Shown piece after piece: positions 20,322 through 30,497 of a DNA stretch of 64,000 nt (positions are counted from its first letter, which is position 1; each line of letters begins with the position of its first letter). The position numbers and the translations under genes are program-made. The DNA lies in assembly GCA_964629655.1 (NCBI GenBank), contig CAZVQU010000002.1, positions 460,878-524,877 on the forward strand. Direction: 5' to 3'. This DNA comes from an uncultured Planctomycetia bacterium. GTDB lineage: Bacteria; Omnitrophota; Gorgyraeia; Duberdicusellales; 4484-171. Below the pieces are notes generated by a model, which saw nothing but the letters and a program-made list of their open reading frames with translations, was not told the DNA's origin and did no database searches.

Positions 20322-23300
20322 TTAAAGTGTCAAGGACAAGTTTCCCTCCCCTACTGCCGTACCTATTTCCTTCAAGGCCTTCTCGTCCAAGGCGATACAG
20401 AACTTACTACCGGACTTAACCTTGACTCCATGAAGCTTGGAATTCCTGAACGAAAAGAAGACTGGAGTCTCTCCTTTGTTGCCAAGAAAAACACTCTTTA
20501 AGTTATTTAAAGAAATACCGTTATTTTCCAAAGAGATATTTGCACTCTTAACATAGTCGCTAACCTTCTCTACCGGAATAACCTGAGAAGCTAATATCTT
20601 AGGGACCTTATCTTTAGCCTCACATTTTCCCTTTATCACTAATATAGTTTTCTCCCTAAGGTAGAATCCACACTCCTCAAAAAGACGCGGAAAAACAAAA
20701 ACTTCAATATTGGCAGTCTCATCCTCTAGCTTTAAGATTGCCATCCGCTGGCCTTTTCTTCGAGTAGTGATATTTTTTACCTTCTCTACCACTCCACAAA
20801 TCATAACCTCTCCTACCTTGGGATGTTCCCAAAGATGAGCTATCTTCTCGCGCTGTAAGTGATTAACCAGGCTGGAGTAAGAACTTAAAGGATGACCAGT
20901 TAAATATATTCCTAAAAGAGACTTCTCGAAATTTAATATCTGCAAAAGCGGCCACTCTTCAATATCAGGAACACTCTCATCAACCGGGGTCGAAAAGAGC
21001 CTTAATTGAGAAGGGTCTTCTTTTTTTATGTTCTTATTTAGTATTTTATCGAGAATAGCTACCATTTGAGCGCGCCGGAGGTTAAAACTATCCATTGCTC
21101 CGGACTTTATAAGACTTTCGACGACCTTTTTATTCACTACCCGTGAATCTACCCGTCGAGAGAAATCAAAAATACTCTCAAATTTATCTCCTTTTCTAGT
21201 TTCAATAATATTTTCTAAAGCAGCCTTGCCTACATTTTTAATAGCCATCAATCCAAACCGTATATTCCGATCATCAGTTACTGTAAAATTAGTAAAACTG
21301 GTATTTATATCCGGAGGAAGAACCTCGATCTTCATCCGGCCCGATTCATTAACATACTCTACGATTTTATCAGTATTATTACGCTCGCTGGTCAGGAGAG
21401 CAGCCATAAACTCTATCGAATAATTAGCTTTTAAATATGCTGTTCGGTAAGAGATTAGGGCATAAGCAGTGCTGTGTGATTTATTAAATCCATAACCTGA
21501 GAAGTAGTCAATCAAATCAAATATCTGGCTGGCTATATTTACTGAAATATTATTCTTACCGCAGCCATCTAAAAATAAGTGCCTTTGTTCTTCCATGATC
21601 TCAGGAATCTTCTTCCCGATAGATTTTCTTAATAAATCGGCTCGAGCCATATCAAAACCGGCCAGTTTAGCGACTATTTGCATAATCTGTTCCTGATAAA
21701 GGATTATTCCGTAGGTCTTCTTTAAAATTGACTCTAGTTTGGGATGGATATAGGCAATGCTCTTCTTGCCTTGCTTGCGATTAATAAAATCATCAACCAT
21801 GCCGCTGCCCAAAGGCCCGGGACGATAGAGAGCCAAGACAGCAATTAAATCCTCAAACTTAGTAGGATTTATCTTCTTTAAAATATCCCGCATCCCTCTA
21901 CTTTCCAATTGAAAAACACCGATAGTATTACCTCTAGCTAAAAGAGAAAAAGTCTTTCTGTCATTAAGAGGAATTGTGGTAATGTCTAAATCTACTTCCC
22001 TGGTTCTCTTGATAATCTTTACGGTCTCATCTATCACGGTAAGGGTCTTTAAACCTAGAAAATCCATCTTAAGCAAGCCGGTCTTTTCCAGAGACCCCAT
22101 ATCAAAACCAGTAACAGCTTCACCCTCAGAACCTCTGATTAAAGGAACCCTATCTACCAGTGGCTTATCAGAAATAACCACTCCGGCAGCATGAGTAGAG
22201 GCATGACGCGAAAGCCCTTCCAGCTGCATAGCTACATCAATAAGGCGCTTAATCCTATCATCGGAATCATAAATGTCATTTAGTTCCGGATTCAGAGATA
22301 AAGCCCGTCTTAAATCAATATGTTGTCCCGCACCATAAGGAATCATTTTGGCGATTTTGTCCACCTCAGCATAGTTAAAGCTCATAACCCTACCAACGTC
22401 CCTAATAACTGCCCGGGCTAACATTGTTCCAAAGGTAATTATCTGGGCAACATTATCCTTGCCGTACCGCTTAGCCACATACTCTAGAACTTCAGCTCTT
22501 TTTTCATAACAGAAATCAATGTCAATGTCAGGCATAGAGATACGTGCCGGGTTTAGAAACCTTTCGAAAAGAAGATCATAGCTTAAAGGGTCTACATCAG
22601 TAATATGAAGGATATAACTGACAATACTCCCGGCAGCACTCCCACGACCGGGACCTACCGGGATATGGTTCTCTTTAGCGAATTTTACTAAATCCCAGAT
22701 TATTAAGAAGTAACTAGAGAAACCAGTTTTTTTAATCACACCTAACTCATAATCTAGCCTTTCGGTAACAGCTTTGCCTAGCTTAGGATAGCGGCTTTTT
22801 AAATTCTCCTGGCAAATACTTCGTAAATAGTCATCATCATTTATCTCTTTAGGCAAAGGAAAATGCGGCAGGTGTATTTGGGAAAAATCCATAGTGAGAT
22901 TGCACTTCTGAGTAATCTCAATAGTACTCCTCATACTCTGGGGAATTTCTTTAAAAATTTCCTTCATCTCAGCTGGGGTACGAAAGTAAAAAGAATCACT
23001 ATTGAATCTAAAACGGTTAGGGTCATCAAGAGTAGTTTGAGTCTGAATAGCTAATAAGGCCTCGTGAGCAAATGATTCTTCTTTTTCTAGATAGTGGATA
23101 TCATTGGTAGCAACCAGAGGAATATCCAAATCTTTAGAAATTCTAATTAGTTGGGTATTCACCACTCTCTGCTCATCCAAGCCGTTCTCCATAACCTCAA
23201 GATAGAAATTTCCCTTACCAAAGATATTTAAATACTCATCGGCTAACTTAGTGGCCTTGTTTACATCCCCGGAGATAATCGCTGAAGGAATTTCTCCTTT

Positions 23301-23726
23301 AAGGCAGGCACTAGAGGCAATCAACCCTTTGCCAAGCTCACTAAGAAGCTCTTTATCCACCCGCGGTTTATAATAGAAACCCTCTAAATGGGCTAAGCTA
23401 ACCAGCTTAATAAGATTAGCATATCCTTGCTGATCTTTAGCTAGAAGAATAAGGTGATGGTTGCTATCACCATTGGGCTTATAATCTTTATCAAAGCGTG
23501 AACCGCTAGTCACATAAACTTCGCAGCCAATGATCGGCTTTATCCCATTCTTCATGCAGAGATTATAGAATTTTATCGCTCCGAAGATATTGCCATGATC
23601 AGTAACGGCTAAAGCCGGAAGTTTACAGAAAGCAGCCTTCTCGACTAACCTGTCCAATAGACAAGCTCCATCTAAGAGGCTATATTGGGTATGTACATGA
23701 AGGTGTACAAAATCAGCGTGGACCAT
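20322..23726 (-). CDS. dnaE: DNA polymerase III alpha subunit (DnaE type)
   Basis: 1134 aa with an N-terminal PHP domain (HLHVHTQYSLLDG), a polymerase core and a C-terminal OB domain. Confidence 0.95.
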   Translation of the reverse strand: MVHADFVHLHVHTQYSLLDGACLLDRLVEKAAFCKLPALAVTDHGNIFGAIKFYNLCMKNGIKPIIGCEVYVTSGSRFDKDYKPNGDSNHHLILLAKDQQGYANLIKLVSLAHLEGFYYKPRVDKELLSELGKGLIASSACLKGEIPSAIISGDVNKATKLADEYLNIFGKGNFYLEVMENGLDEQRVVNTQLIRISKDLDIPLVATNDIHYLEKEESFAHEALLAIQTQTTLDDPNRFRFNSDSFYFRTPAEMKEIFKEIPQSMRSTIEITQKCNLTMDFSQIHLPHFPLPKEINDDDYLRSICQENLKSRYPKLGKAVTERLDYELGVIKKTGFSSYFLIIWDLVKFAKENHIPVGPGRGSAAGSIVSYILHITDVDPLSYDLLFERFLNPARISMPDIDIDFCYEKRAEVLEYVAKRYGKDNVAQIITFGTMLARAVIRDVGRVMSFNYAEVDKIAKMIPYGAGQHIDLRRALSLNPELNDIYDSDDRIKRLIDVAMQLEGLSRHASTHAAGVVISDKPLVDRVPLIRGSEGEAVTGFDMGSLEKTGLLKMDFLGLKTLTVIDETVKIIKRTREVDLDITTIPLNDRKTFSLLARGNTIGVFQLESRGMRDILKKINPTKFEDLIAVLALYRPGPLGSGMVDDFINRKQGKKSIAYIHPKLESILKKTYGIILYQEQIMQIVAKLAGFDMARADLLRKSIGKKIPEIMEEQRHLFLDGCGKNNISVNIASQIFDLIDYFSGYGFNKSHSTAYALISYRTAYLKANYSIEFMAALLTSERNNTDKIVEYVNESGRMKIEVLPPDINTSFTNFTVTDDRNIRFGLMAIKNVGKAALENIIETRKGDKFESIFDFSRRVDSRVVNKKVVESLIKSGAMDSFNLRRAQMVAILDKILNKNIKKEDPSQLRLFSTPVDESVPDIEEWPLLQILNFEKSLLGIYLTGHPLSSYSSLVNHLQREKIAHLWEHPKVGEVMICGVVEKVKNITTRRKGQRMAILKLEDETANIEVFVFPRLFEECGFYLREKTILVIKGKCEAKDKVPKILASQVIPVEKVSDYVKSANISLENNGISLNNLKSVFLGNKGETPVFFSFRNSKLHGVKVKSGSKFCIALDEKALKEIGTAVGEGNLSLTL

Positions 23727-23749
23727 AATATTATTTTAAAAGTTAGATT

Positions 23750-25291
23750 CTACTCCCACTCAATCGTTGCCGGGGGTTTAGAGCTTATGTCGAAAACGAC
23801 TCTATTTATTCCTCTTACTTTGTTTATAATCGAATTAGAGATCTCATTAAGAACCGGATAAGGTATCTTAGACCAATCAGCAGTCATTCCGTCAAGGCTG
23901 TTGACTGCGCGTATTGCTAATACATACTCATAAGTTCTCTTATCTCCCATCACCCCTACTGTCTTAAGCGGCAGTAAGACGCAAAAAGCCTGCCAAATAT
24001 CATTATAAATATTATTCTTCTTTATTACTTTTATAAAAATATCATCGGCTTCACGTAAAATCTTAAGTTGTTTAGCATTAACTTCACCGATTATTCTTAC
24101 TGCCAAGCCCGGCCCGGGAAAAGGATGACGGCCAATTATTGTTGCCGGCATTTTGAGTATTTTTGCAACCCCTCTAACCTCATCTTTAAACAGTTGGCGA
24201 AAGGGCTCAATCAGCTTTAGCTTCATCTCTTTCGGCAAACCGCCTACATTATGATGTGACTTTATACAAGCGCTGGGGCCGCCAAAAAAGGATACTGACT
24301 CGATTACATCAGGATACAATGTCCCCTGAACAAGAAACTTTACATTTTTAATCTTCTTAGCTTCGGTCTCAAATACCTTTATAAATTCATGGCCGATTAT
24401 CTTACGTTTCTTCTCAGGATCAACAACACCCTTTAGCTTAGTTAAGAATAATTTAGAAGCATCGACATAATGCAGATCGATTTTGAAATAATCCCTGAAA
24501 ACCCTTATTACCTTTCTGGCCTCACCCTTTCTTAAGACTCCATTATTAACAAAAATACACTTTAGCTTCTTTCCCAGGGCTTTTTGAAGCAAGACCGCGG
24601 CAGTCGATGAATCGACCCCTCCGCTTAAACCTAAAATAACATTTGTTTTGCCCACCTTCTTCCTTATCCCCTTTATTTGTTCAGAGATAAAGTCTTCTAA
24701 CTGCCAGTTGGAAGAACAACCAGTAATTCTAAATAAAAAATTGGAGAGTATCTGTATGCCCAGTTCAGTATGAACAACTTCAGGGTGAAATTGTACTCCG
24801 TAAATTTTCTTTTTGCTATTGCCAATAGCTGCAAACTGGGTATTTCTAGTATGGGCCAGTAACTTAAAATCAGAAGGAAGGCTTACAACCTGATCAGTAT
24901 GGCTCATCCAAGAGACAATATTTGCCGGGAGGGAGAAGAATAAATCCTGGTGGCCATCAATGCACATCTTAGCCCTTCCATACTCTCTGCGCTTTCCCTC
25001 ACGGACTCTTCCCTTTAAGGTTTTTACTAAAATCTGCATTCCATAGCAAATACCTAAGATTGGTATACCTAATTGTAGAATTTCTTCTCTTAAGGCAGGG
25101 GCTTTTTTCTCATAAACACTATGCGGGCCTCCGGAGAGGATTATCGCCTTGGGATTAATCTTCTTTATCTTACTTGTAGCTATGGTACAGGGTTCAATAA
25201 CACTAAAGACTTTTAACTCTCTTATCCGGCGGGCAATAAGCTGGGTATATTGAGACCCAAAATCAAGAATTAAAATTGTATCTTTCTTCAA
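23750..25291 (-). CDS. guaA: GMP synthase (glutamine-hydrolysing)
   Basis: 513 aa: GATase, ATP-PPase (SGGVDSS) and a C-terminal dimerisation domain. Confidence 0.95.
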   Translation of the reverse strand: MKKDTILILDFGSQYTQLIARRIRELKVFSVIEPCTIATSKIKKINPKAIILSGGPHSVYEKKAPALREEILQLGIPILGICYGMQILVKTLKGRVREGKRREYGRAKMCIDGHQDLFFSLPANIVSWMSHTDQVVSLPSDFKLLAHTRNTQFAAIGNSKKKIYGVQFHPEVVHTELGIQILSNFLFRITGCSSNWQLEDFISEQIKGIRKKVGKTNVILGLSGGVDSSTAAVLLQKALGKKLKCIFVNNGVLRKGEARKVIRVFRDYFKIDLHYVDASKLFLTKLKGVVDPEKKRKIIGHEFIKVFETEAKKIKNVKFLVQGTLYPDVIESVSFFGGPSACIKSHHNVGGLPKEMKLKLIEPFRQLFKDEVRGVAKILKMPATIIGRHPFPGPGLAVRIIGEVNAKQLKILREADDIFIKVIKKNNIYNDIWQAFCVLLPLKTVGVMGDKRTYEYVLAIRAVNSLDGMTADWSKIPYPVLNEISNSIINKVRGINRVVFDISSKPPATIEWE

Positions 25292-25322
25292 TCCTTTTCC
25301 TCTTTTTTAACCTTTACTCTTA

Positions 25323-26483
25323 CTACTTCCCCATCCCTACTCTCTGGGCAGCTTGGAAAACTTTTCCTTCAGTCTGGATAGAAGGGGCAATGATCATCTC
25401 GACAAAATGCATATCTTTAATCGTTTTAGCACCTAAAGAGCCCATAGAAGTATTGAGAGCACCGATTAAATTCTGAGAACCGTCATCAACTGTAGCCGGT
25501 CCAAAGAGAATCTCACTTAGGCTTCCGGTTACGCCTACATTTATTCTTGTACCTCGAGGTAAATTACCGTGGGAAGTAGCCATACCCCAATGGAATCCTC
25601 TTCCTGGCGCTTCTTTTGCTCTGGCAAAGGCTGAACCAATCATTACTGCATCAGCCCCGGAAGCAAAAGCTTTACAAACATCGCCACCCCTACTCATTCC
25701 GCCATCAGTAATTATCGGGATGTATTTTCCGGTCTTTTTATGAAAAAAATCCCTGGCGGCTGAACAATCAATAGTAGAAGTTACCTGAGGAACGCCGATT
25801 CCTAAAACTCCTCTGGTAGTACAGGCTGCTCCCGGACCTACACCGACTAAGATACCGGAACAACCGGTCTCAAGAAGCTCCAGAGTAACATCATAGATAA
25901 CACAGTTACCGATAATTACCGGAATTTTCCTCTGCTTACAAAATTTATGCAAATCTAAAGGCTTATACTTAGTAGCGAGATGTATGGCAGTAATCACAGT
26001 AGACTGGACTATGAAGCAATCTGCTCCGGCATCCTCAGCAATCGTAGCAAACTTATCAGCATTCTGAGGTATGCAGCTAACCGCAGCATACCCTTTACCC
26101 TTTTTTATCTCCTCAACTCTCTTAGCAATCAGCTTCTCCTTAATCGGAGTAGTATATACTTTTTGAATTAAATTAGTTGCCTCTTTGGGGCCAGCTTTGG
26201 AAATCTCCTCCAAGACCTCATCAGGGTTATCATAGCGTGTTTGGACTCCATCTAAATTTAAGACAGCGACTCCTCCTAAGCGCGACATCTCAATGGCAAA
26301 CTTAACACCGACAACTCCATCCATCGCCGCAGCCAGGATTGGAACAGCAAAGTTCTTACCTCCCAATTTCCATGCTGTACCCACCTCTTCGGGATTTACA
26401 GTAATCCTTCCCGGAGCAAGAGCAATCTCATCAAACCCATAACATCTACGTGCCCGTTTTCCTATACCAATCCACTCTGCCAT
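25323..26483 (-). CDS. IMP dehydrogenase family protein lacking the CBS subdomain (GuaB-like)
   Basis: 386 aa TIM-barrel with an IMPDH-like catalytic loop ([11 protein letters not shown]). No CBS pair is present. It sits adjacent to guaA. Confidence 0.7.
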   Translation of the reverse strand: MAEWIGIGKRARRCYGFDEIALAPGRITVNPEEVGTAWKLGGKNFAVPILAAAMDGVVGVKFAIEMSRLGGVAVLNLDGVQTRYDNPDEVLEEISKAGPKEATNLIQKVYTTPIKEKLIAKRVEEIKKGKGYAAVSCIPQNADKFATIAEDAGADCFIVQSTVITAIHLATKYKPLDLHKFCKQRKIPVIIGNCVIYDVTLELLETGCSGILVGVGPGAACTTRGVLGIGVPQVTSTIDCSAARDFFHKKTGKYIPIITDGGMSRGGDVCKAFASGADAVMIGSAFARAKEAPGRGFHWGMATSHGNLPRGTRINVGVTGSLSEILFGPATVDDGSQNLIGALNTSMGSLGAKTIKDMHFVEMIIAPSIQTEGKVFQAAQRVGMGK

Positions 26484-27430
26484 GATTCAACCTCCTTAGA
26501 AATATCTTCAGTACTTACTATTCTTTCTTTATCTATATTACCCTGACTATTAGAATCCGGTTTCACTCCAGTTGTAATAAATTCAGCAAAAACTCGAGCC
26601 TGTTTCTTGACGTCTTCATAATTAGAGTTAAAAAAAACTTCTCTATCTATATCCTTTCGGTTTACATCACCTAAGAGGTAAATTCCCTCAAAATTAGTAA
26701 AGAAATTATCTTCGATTACCAGCTCGTCTTCAAAAAACTTCAGGTTTGGTGTAAAACCACTATCAATGAAAACTAGCTGGGAAGAAAAAACCATTAAAGG
26801 CGATAATTTAACAGCTTTAACCACGCCTTCGCCTACAGCTTCTTCAATAAAAGCATCTAGGTATAGGCCGATGTTCTTGGAGCCTAAAGCCGAAACTGCT
26901 TTCTCTTTATCTTCTCCTAAAAAATCTAAATTAGCACTTACTATCTTTACGTCTTTTCCCAAAGCTACTAATGCAATAGCTAGCCTCAAACCCAACCAAG
27001 TAGAGACGTAAACACAAGCCTCACCCGATATCCTTAGAAGATTCTTTAACTTAACCTGGTCGATATCAGAAAGATAAAAAAACCCTTCTCTGTGTTCGCC
27101 TTGAACCGGCAATTTCTTCGAATTTAGACCGGAGGCAACAATTAAATTATCAAAATCCCTAGGCTCACCTTCTTTAAAATAAATCTTGCGGCGCCGAGGG
27201 TTGATTCTTTCAACCCAGGCAGGAATAAACTCAACTTCCTTTTGCTTAGCCCACTCAACTATATCCATTCTTTTGCTAATATCACCGGGAGAGTGAATTG
27301 CCTCTCTTCCCGGATGAGAATAAGCACACTTATCTATCAAAGCAATATTACAGGGAATGTTTTTTGCTCTAATCTCTTCAATTAAAGCTAATCCTGAGAC
27401 ACCGGCACCTAAAATAGTGATGTTTTCCAT
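26462..27430 (-). CDS. FAD/NAD(P)-binding oxidoreductase (pyridine nucleotide-disulfide oxidoreductase-like; no CxxC redox pair seen)
   Basis: 322 aa with an N-terminal Rossmann GxGxxG (ILGAGVSGLA). It overlaps the downstream IMPDH-like gene by 22 nt. Confidence 0.45.
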   Translation of the reverse strand: MENITILGAGVSGLALIEEIRAKNIPCNIALIDKCAYSHPGREAIHSPGDISKRMDIVEWAKQKEVEFIPAWVERINPRRRKIYFKEGEPRDFDNLIVASGLNSKKLPVQGEHREGFFYLSDIDQVKLKNLLRISGEACVYVSTWLGLRLAIALVALGKDVKIVSANLDFLGEDKEKAVSALGSKNIGLYLDAFIEEAVGEGVVKAVKLSPLMVFSSQLVFIDSGFTPNLKFFEDELVIEDNFFTNFEGIYLLGDVNRKDIDREVFFNSNYEDVKKQARVFAEFITTGVKPDSNSQGNIDKERIVSTEDISKEVESWQSGLV

Positions 27431-27437
27431 AGTAACG

Positions 27438-28283
27438 CTAACTCTTTGAACTTAACTGATATGCTTTCACTAAGTTATCATAAAGAAACATTGTTGTTAG
27501 TTTGCCTACTCCTCCGGGAACCGGGGTAATGAATGCTGCCCTTTTTTTAGCTTTATCAAATTCTACATCGCCGGATATCTTGCTATTTCTATGTCCGGTT
27601 CCAACATCAATAACTATTGCTCCTTTTTTTATCCACTTACCCTGTATAAGACCGGGCTTACCAACGGCTGAAATTACAATATCAGCACTCTTAATATAAG
27701 AAGGAAGATCTTCGTTCTCATATGTCGCAATATGAGTGATGCTTACTGTTGCAAACTTGCTGCCGAGCCACAAAGCTAAGGGTCGACCGATAAGAGGAGA
27801 AAAACCTATTAGGGCTACTTTTTTGCCGCGAAGTATAACTCCGCTTTCATCAAGCATCGCCTGAACACTTCTTACTGTCGGAGATACAAATCGTGGTTGA
27901 GCAAGAAAAAATCTTCCCAGATTAGCCGGATGCATTCCTTCGATGTCCTTATTTTCATCAAGCAAGATGAACACATCTGCATCATTCCACTCGGGAGAAA
28001 AAGGCTTATTAAGAATAATACCGGTTACGCTTAAATCTTTATTTAATTTCTCGATTTCGGAGTTAAATTCGGTAAAGGAAATGTCTGACTTTAAATCTAT
28101 GGGGCGATACTCTATACCTACTTCTTTAGCTAACTTTTTCTGAGCCAAGCGATAGCTTTTAGCTGAAACATCCCCGCCTATAGCTACTGAGGCCAGGCAT
28201 AACTCAAGGCCACCGTCTAACTTTGCCTTAATCTCAACTAGCAAAGAATCATATTTCTTCTGGGCATCGAAAATTATCGCCAT
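27438..28283 (-). CDS. folD: Bifunctional methylenetetrahydrofolate dehydrogenase/methenyl-THF cyclohydrolase
   Basis: 281 aa FolD fold (…VGIEYRPIDL…GHRNS…PVPGGVG). Confidence 0.9.
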   Translation of the reverse strand: MAIIFDAQKKYDSLLVEIKAKLDGGLELCLASVAIGGDVSAKSYRLAQKKLAKEVGIEYRPIDLKSDISFTEFNSEIEKLNKDLSVTGIILNKPFSPEWNDADVFILLDENKDIEGMHPANLGRFFLAQPRFVSPTVRSVQAMLDESGVILRGKKVALIGFSPLIGRPLALWLGSKFATVSITHIATYENEDLPSYIKSADIVISAVGKPGLIQGKWIKKGAIVIDVGTGHRNSKISGDVEFDKAKKRAAFITPVPGGVGKLTTMFLYDNLVKAYQLSSKS

Positions 28284-28786
28284 TTTTTTAAAGATTTCTT
28301 AAAAGGGCCAATAAATTTACTTCTTTTCCCAAACATTTTCTCATTTGCCTCTAGGTTCAAAACGCAACCCAGGAGAGCTATTCTTGCGCACTCCAATCCA
28401 ATATTGAAGTCACTAATTATACTCTTTTTTATACCAGATTTTATCCCTTTAGCAAGAGAAAATACTTTTAAAGCCGCTTGGCCTAAGTCAATAATCAAAC
28501 TTTCACTTTGTCTTATAAATTGGGCTCTCTTGAGCCCTTTTGAACTGATAATTTTGGCAAAAATAAGACTATCCTTGTCAATATTAGGGTAGATCTTCTT
28601 ACGTGAAGCTTGTAGTTTTTTTAATTGTTTTTTGAACTTGGCAGGAGAAGAAAAATTGATTGCTTTCTCAATCAGGCTAAGGCCGGTGCAGAAAACCAAA
28701 GCAACCGCACTTCCTCCACCGGGAGAAGGCTGGCGCTTGCCTAAATCATCTAAATATTTTTTGAAGCTAGTCCGATAATTCTTCAT
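28274..28786 (-). CDS. Cyclodeaminase/cyclohydrolase family protein (FTCD C-terminal domain-like)
   Basis: 170 aa with the QPSPGGGSAVAL motif typical of formiminotransferase-cyclodeaminase C-domain proteins. Cotranscribed with folD. Confidence 0.55.
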   Translation of the reverse strand: MKNYRTSFKKYLDDLGKRQPSPGGGSAVALVFCTGLSLIEKAINFSSPAKFKKQLKKLQASRKKIYPNIDKDSLIFAKIISSKGLKRAQFIRQSESLIIDLGQAALKVFSLAKGIKSGIKKSIISDFNIGLECARIALLGCVLNLEANEKMFGKRSKFIGPFKKSLKKWR

Positions 28787-28819
28787 TAAACCCCCTAAAA
28801 TTCCTTACCCTTAAGTAAT

Positions 28820-29401
28820 TTAAGAACCCTTTTTAATCGAACCACTCTTGCAAGGAGAAAAACTGCGACGGTGAAAAGGTGTTAAAGCATATCTTTCTAT
28901 CAAAGAAAAGTGCTCAGCTGTAGGATAACCCTTGTGTTGAGAAAAATTCCACTGCGGATATAGGAAATCCACTGAATTCATCAGGTAATCTCTTACTACT
29001 TTAGCTACAATAGAAGCACAAGAGACCTCTTTAACACAAGTGTCGGCCTTAGGCTGACAAATATAGTTTAGCTTCAGGTCACTGCGAAAATGACTACCAT
29101 CGACAATAAATTTTGCTTTCTTTAGCTTCGGAGATTTTTCTAAAAGCTCACCTACTGCCCGGTTAAAAGCCAGTAAAGTTGCCTCTAAAATGTTAACTTT
29201 GTCTATCTCACGGTTAGTAGCAATGCCTACACCAAAGACTGAACTGTAAGTCAACCAGGAAAATATCTCCTCGCGCATTGACGCCGATAGTTTTTTAGAA
29301 TCCTTAACAGCAAAAGGAGGTTCCTTGGCTAAGTGCAGGGCGCAGGCTACTACTACTCCTGCTAATGGTCCTCTGCCTGCCTCATCCAACCCTACCACCA
29401 T
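28820..29401 (-). CDS. rnhB: Ribonuclease HII
   Basis: 193 aa (GLDEAGRGPLAGVVVA…). Confidence 0.85.
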   Translation of the reverse strand: MVVGLDEAGRGPLAGVVVACALHLAKEPPFAVKDSKKLSASMREEIFSWLTYSSVFGVGIATNREIDKVNILEATLLAFNRAVGELLEKSPKLKKAKFIVDGSHFRSDLKLNYICQPKADTCVKEVSCASIVAKVVRDYLMNSVDFLYPQWNFSQHKGYPTAEHFSLIERYALTPFHRRSFSPCKSGSIKKGS

Positions 29402-29415
29402 ATTTAACCGATCAA

Positions 29416-29763
29416 TTAGGCTAGAGTTGCTTTTTTACCGACTCTACCTCTTAGGTAATACAAACGCTTTCTTCGTGGATTCCGGCGCCCTTTCTTTACC
29501 ATCTCTATTCTCTCAATGTTTGGCGAATAATAAGGGAAGGTTACTCCGTAAGCCTCTCCATAAGCTATTCTTCTGACTGTAAAAGATTTGCGATGCATTG
29601 CCCCTTGAACCTTTATCACAACCCCTTCTACAGGATGCAGCCTAATCTTATCCTTCTCCCTAATCTTGTAGTAGACCTTAATAGCATCCCCCTGCCTAAA
29701 CTCGGGATACTCCTTCTTTAGGGCTTGTTTTAATTCTTTCTCGACCATTGCTAGCTTATCCAT
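29416..29763 (-). CDS. rplS: 50S ribosomal protein L19
   Basis: 115 aa bL19. Confidence 0.9.
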   Translation of the reverse strand: MDKLAMVEKELKQALKKEYPEFRQGDAIKVYYKIREKDKIRLHPVEGVVIKVQGAMHRKSFTVRRIAYGEAYGVTFPYYSPNIERIEMVKKGRRNPRRKRLYYLRGRVGKKATLA

Positions 29764-29801
29764 GATTACCTCCTTTTATAAAATCTTACCATTCTAAAAG
29801 A

Positions 29802-30497
29802 TCACTTCAATAAATCCGGCCTTCTTTTTTTAGTAGCCTCTAAGGCTTGGCCTTCCCGCCATTGTTCTACTTTTCGATGATTGCCTGAGAGTAACACCTC
29901 AGGAACCCCTAGACCGCGGAAATCAGCCGGTTTAGTATAATGCGGAAAATCCAGGCCTTTGCCTTCAAAACTCTCTTTTTTTATCGACTCCTTATCAGAG
30001 ACCACGCCGGGAATTAGACGACATAGGCAGTCAACGAAAACCATTGATGCTAACTCTCCGCCGCTTAAGATATAATCCCCTAAGGAAATTTCTTCTTCTG
30101 CTAAATTCTTCCTTATCCGCTCATCAACGCCTTCATAACGTGGGGCAAGAAGAATTAGTCGTTCGAAATTTAAAAACTTCTTTACTTTTTTTTGGTTTAA
30201 GGTCTTCCCTTGTGGAGTAAGAAGAATTATTCTTTTACTCTTATCCTTTTCTTTCTTTGGATAAACCTTATAGCCTAAAATTGACTCAACTGCCCCGAAT
30301 AAAGGTTCGGGCCTAAAAACCATTCCTCCTCCTCCGTAAGAAGGGGCATCTACCTTTCTCTGTGGCTTAGACGCAAAATTACGAAGGTTGTGAACATTTA
30401 TCTTAACTAGCCCTTTCTCTTGAGCCCTCTTAATCATTGACTCACCTAAGACAGGAGAAAACATCTTAGGAAAAATAGTAACTACATCAATTATCAT
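29802..30497 (-). CDS. trmD: tRNA (guanine37-N1)-methyltransferase
   Basis: 231 aa SPOUT/TrmD. Confidence 0.9.
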   Translation of the reverse strand: MIIDVVTIFPKMFSPVLGESMIKRAQEKGLVKINVHNLRNFASKPQRKVDAPSYGGGGMVFRPEPLFGAVESILGYKVYPKKEKDKSKRIILLTPQGKTLNQKKVKKFLNFERLILLAPRYEGVDERIRKNLAEEEISLGDYILSGGELASMVFVDCLCRLIPGVVSDKESIKKESFEGKGLDFPHYTKPADFRGLGVPEVLLSGNHRKVEQWREGQALEATKKRRPDLLK

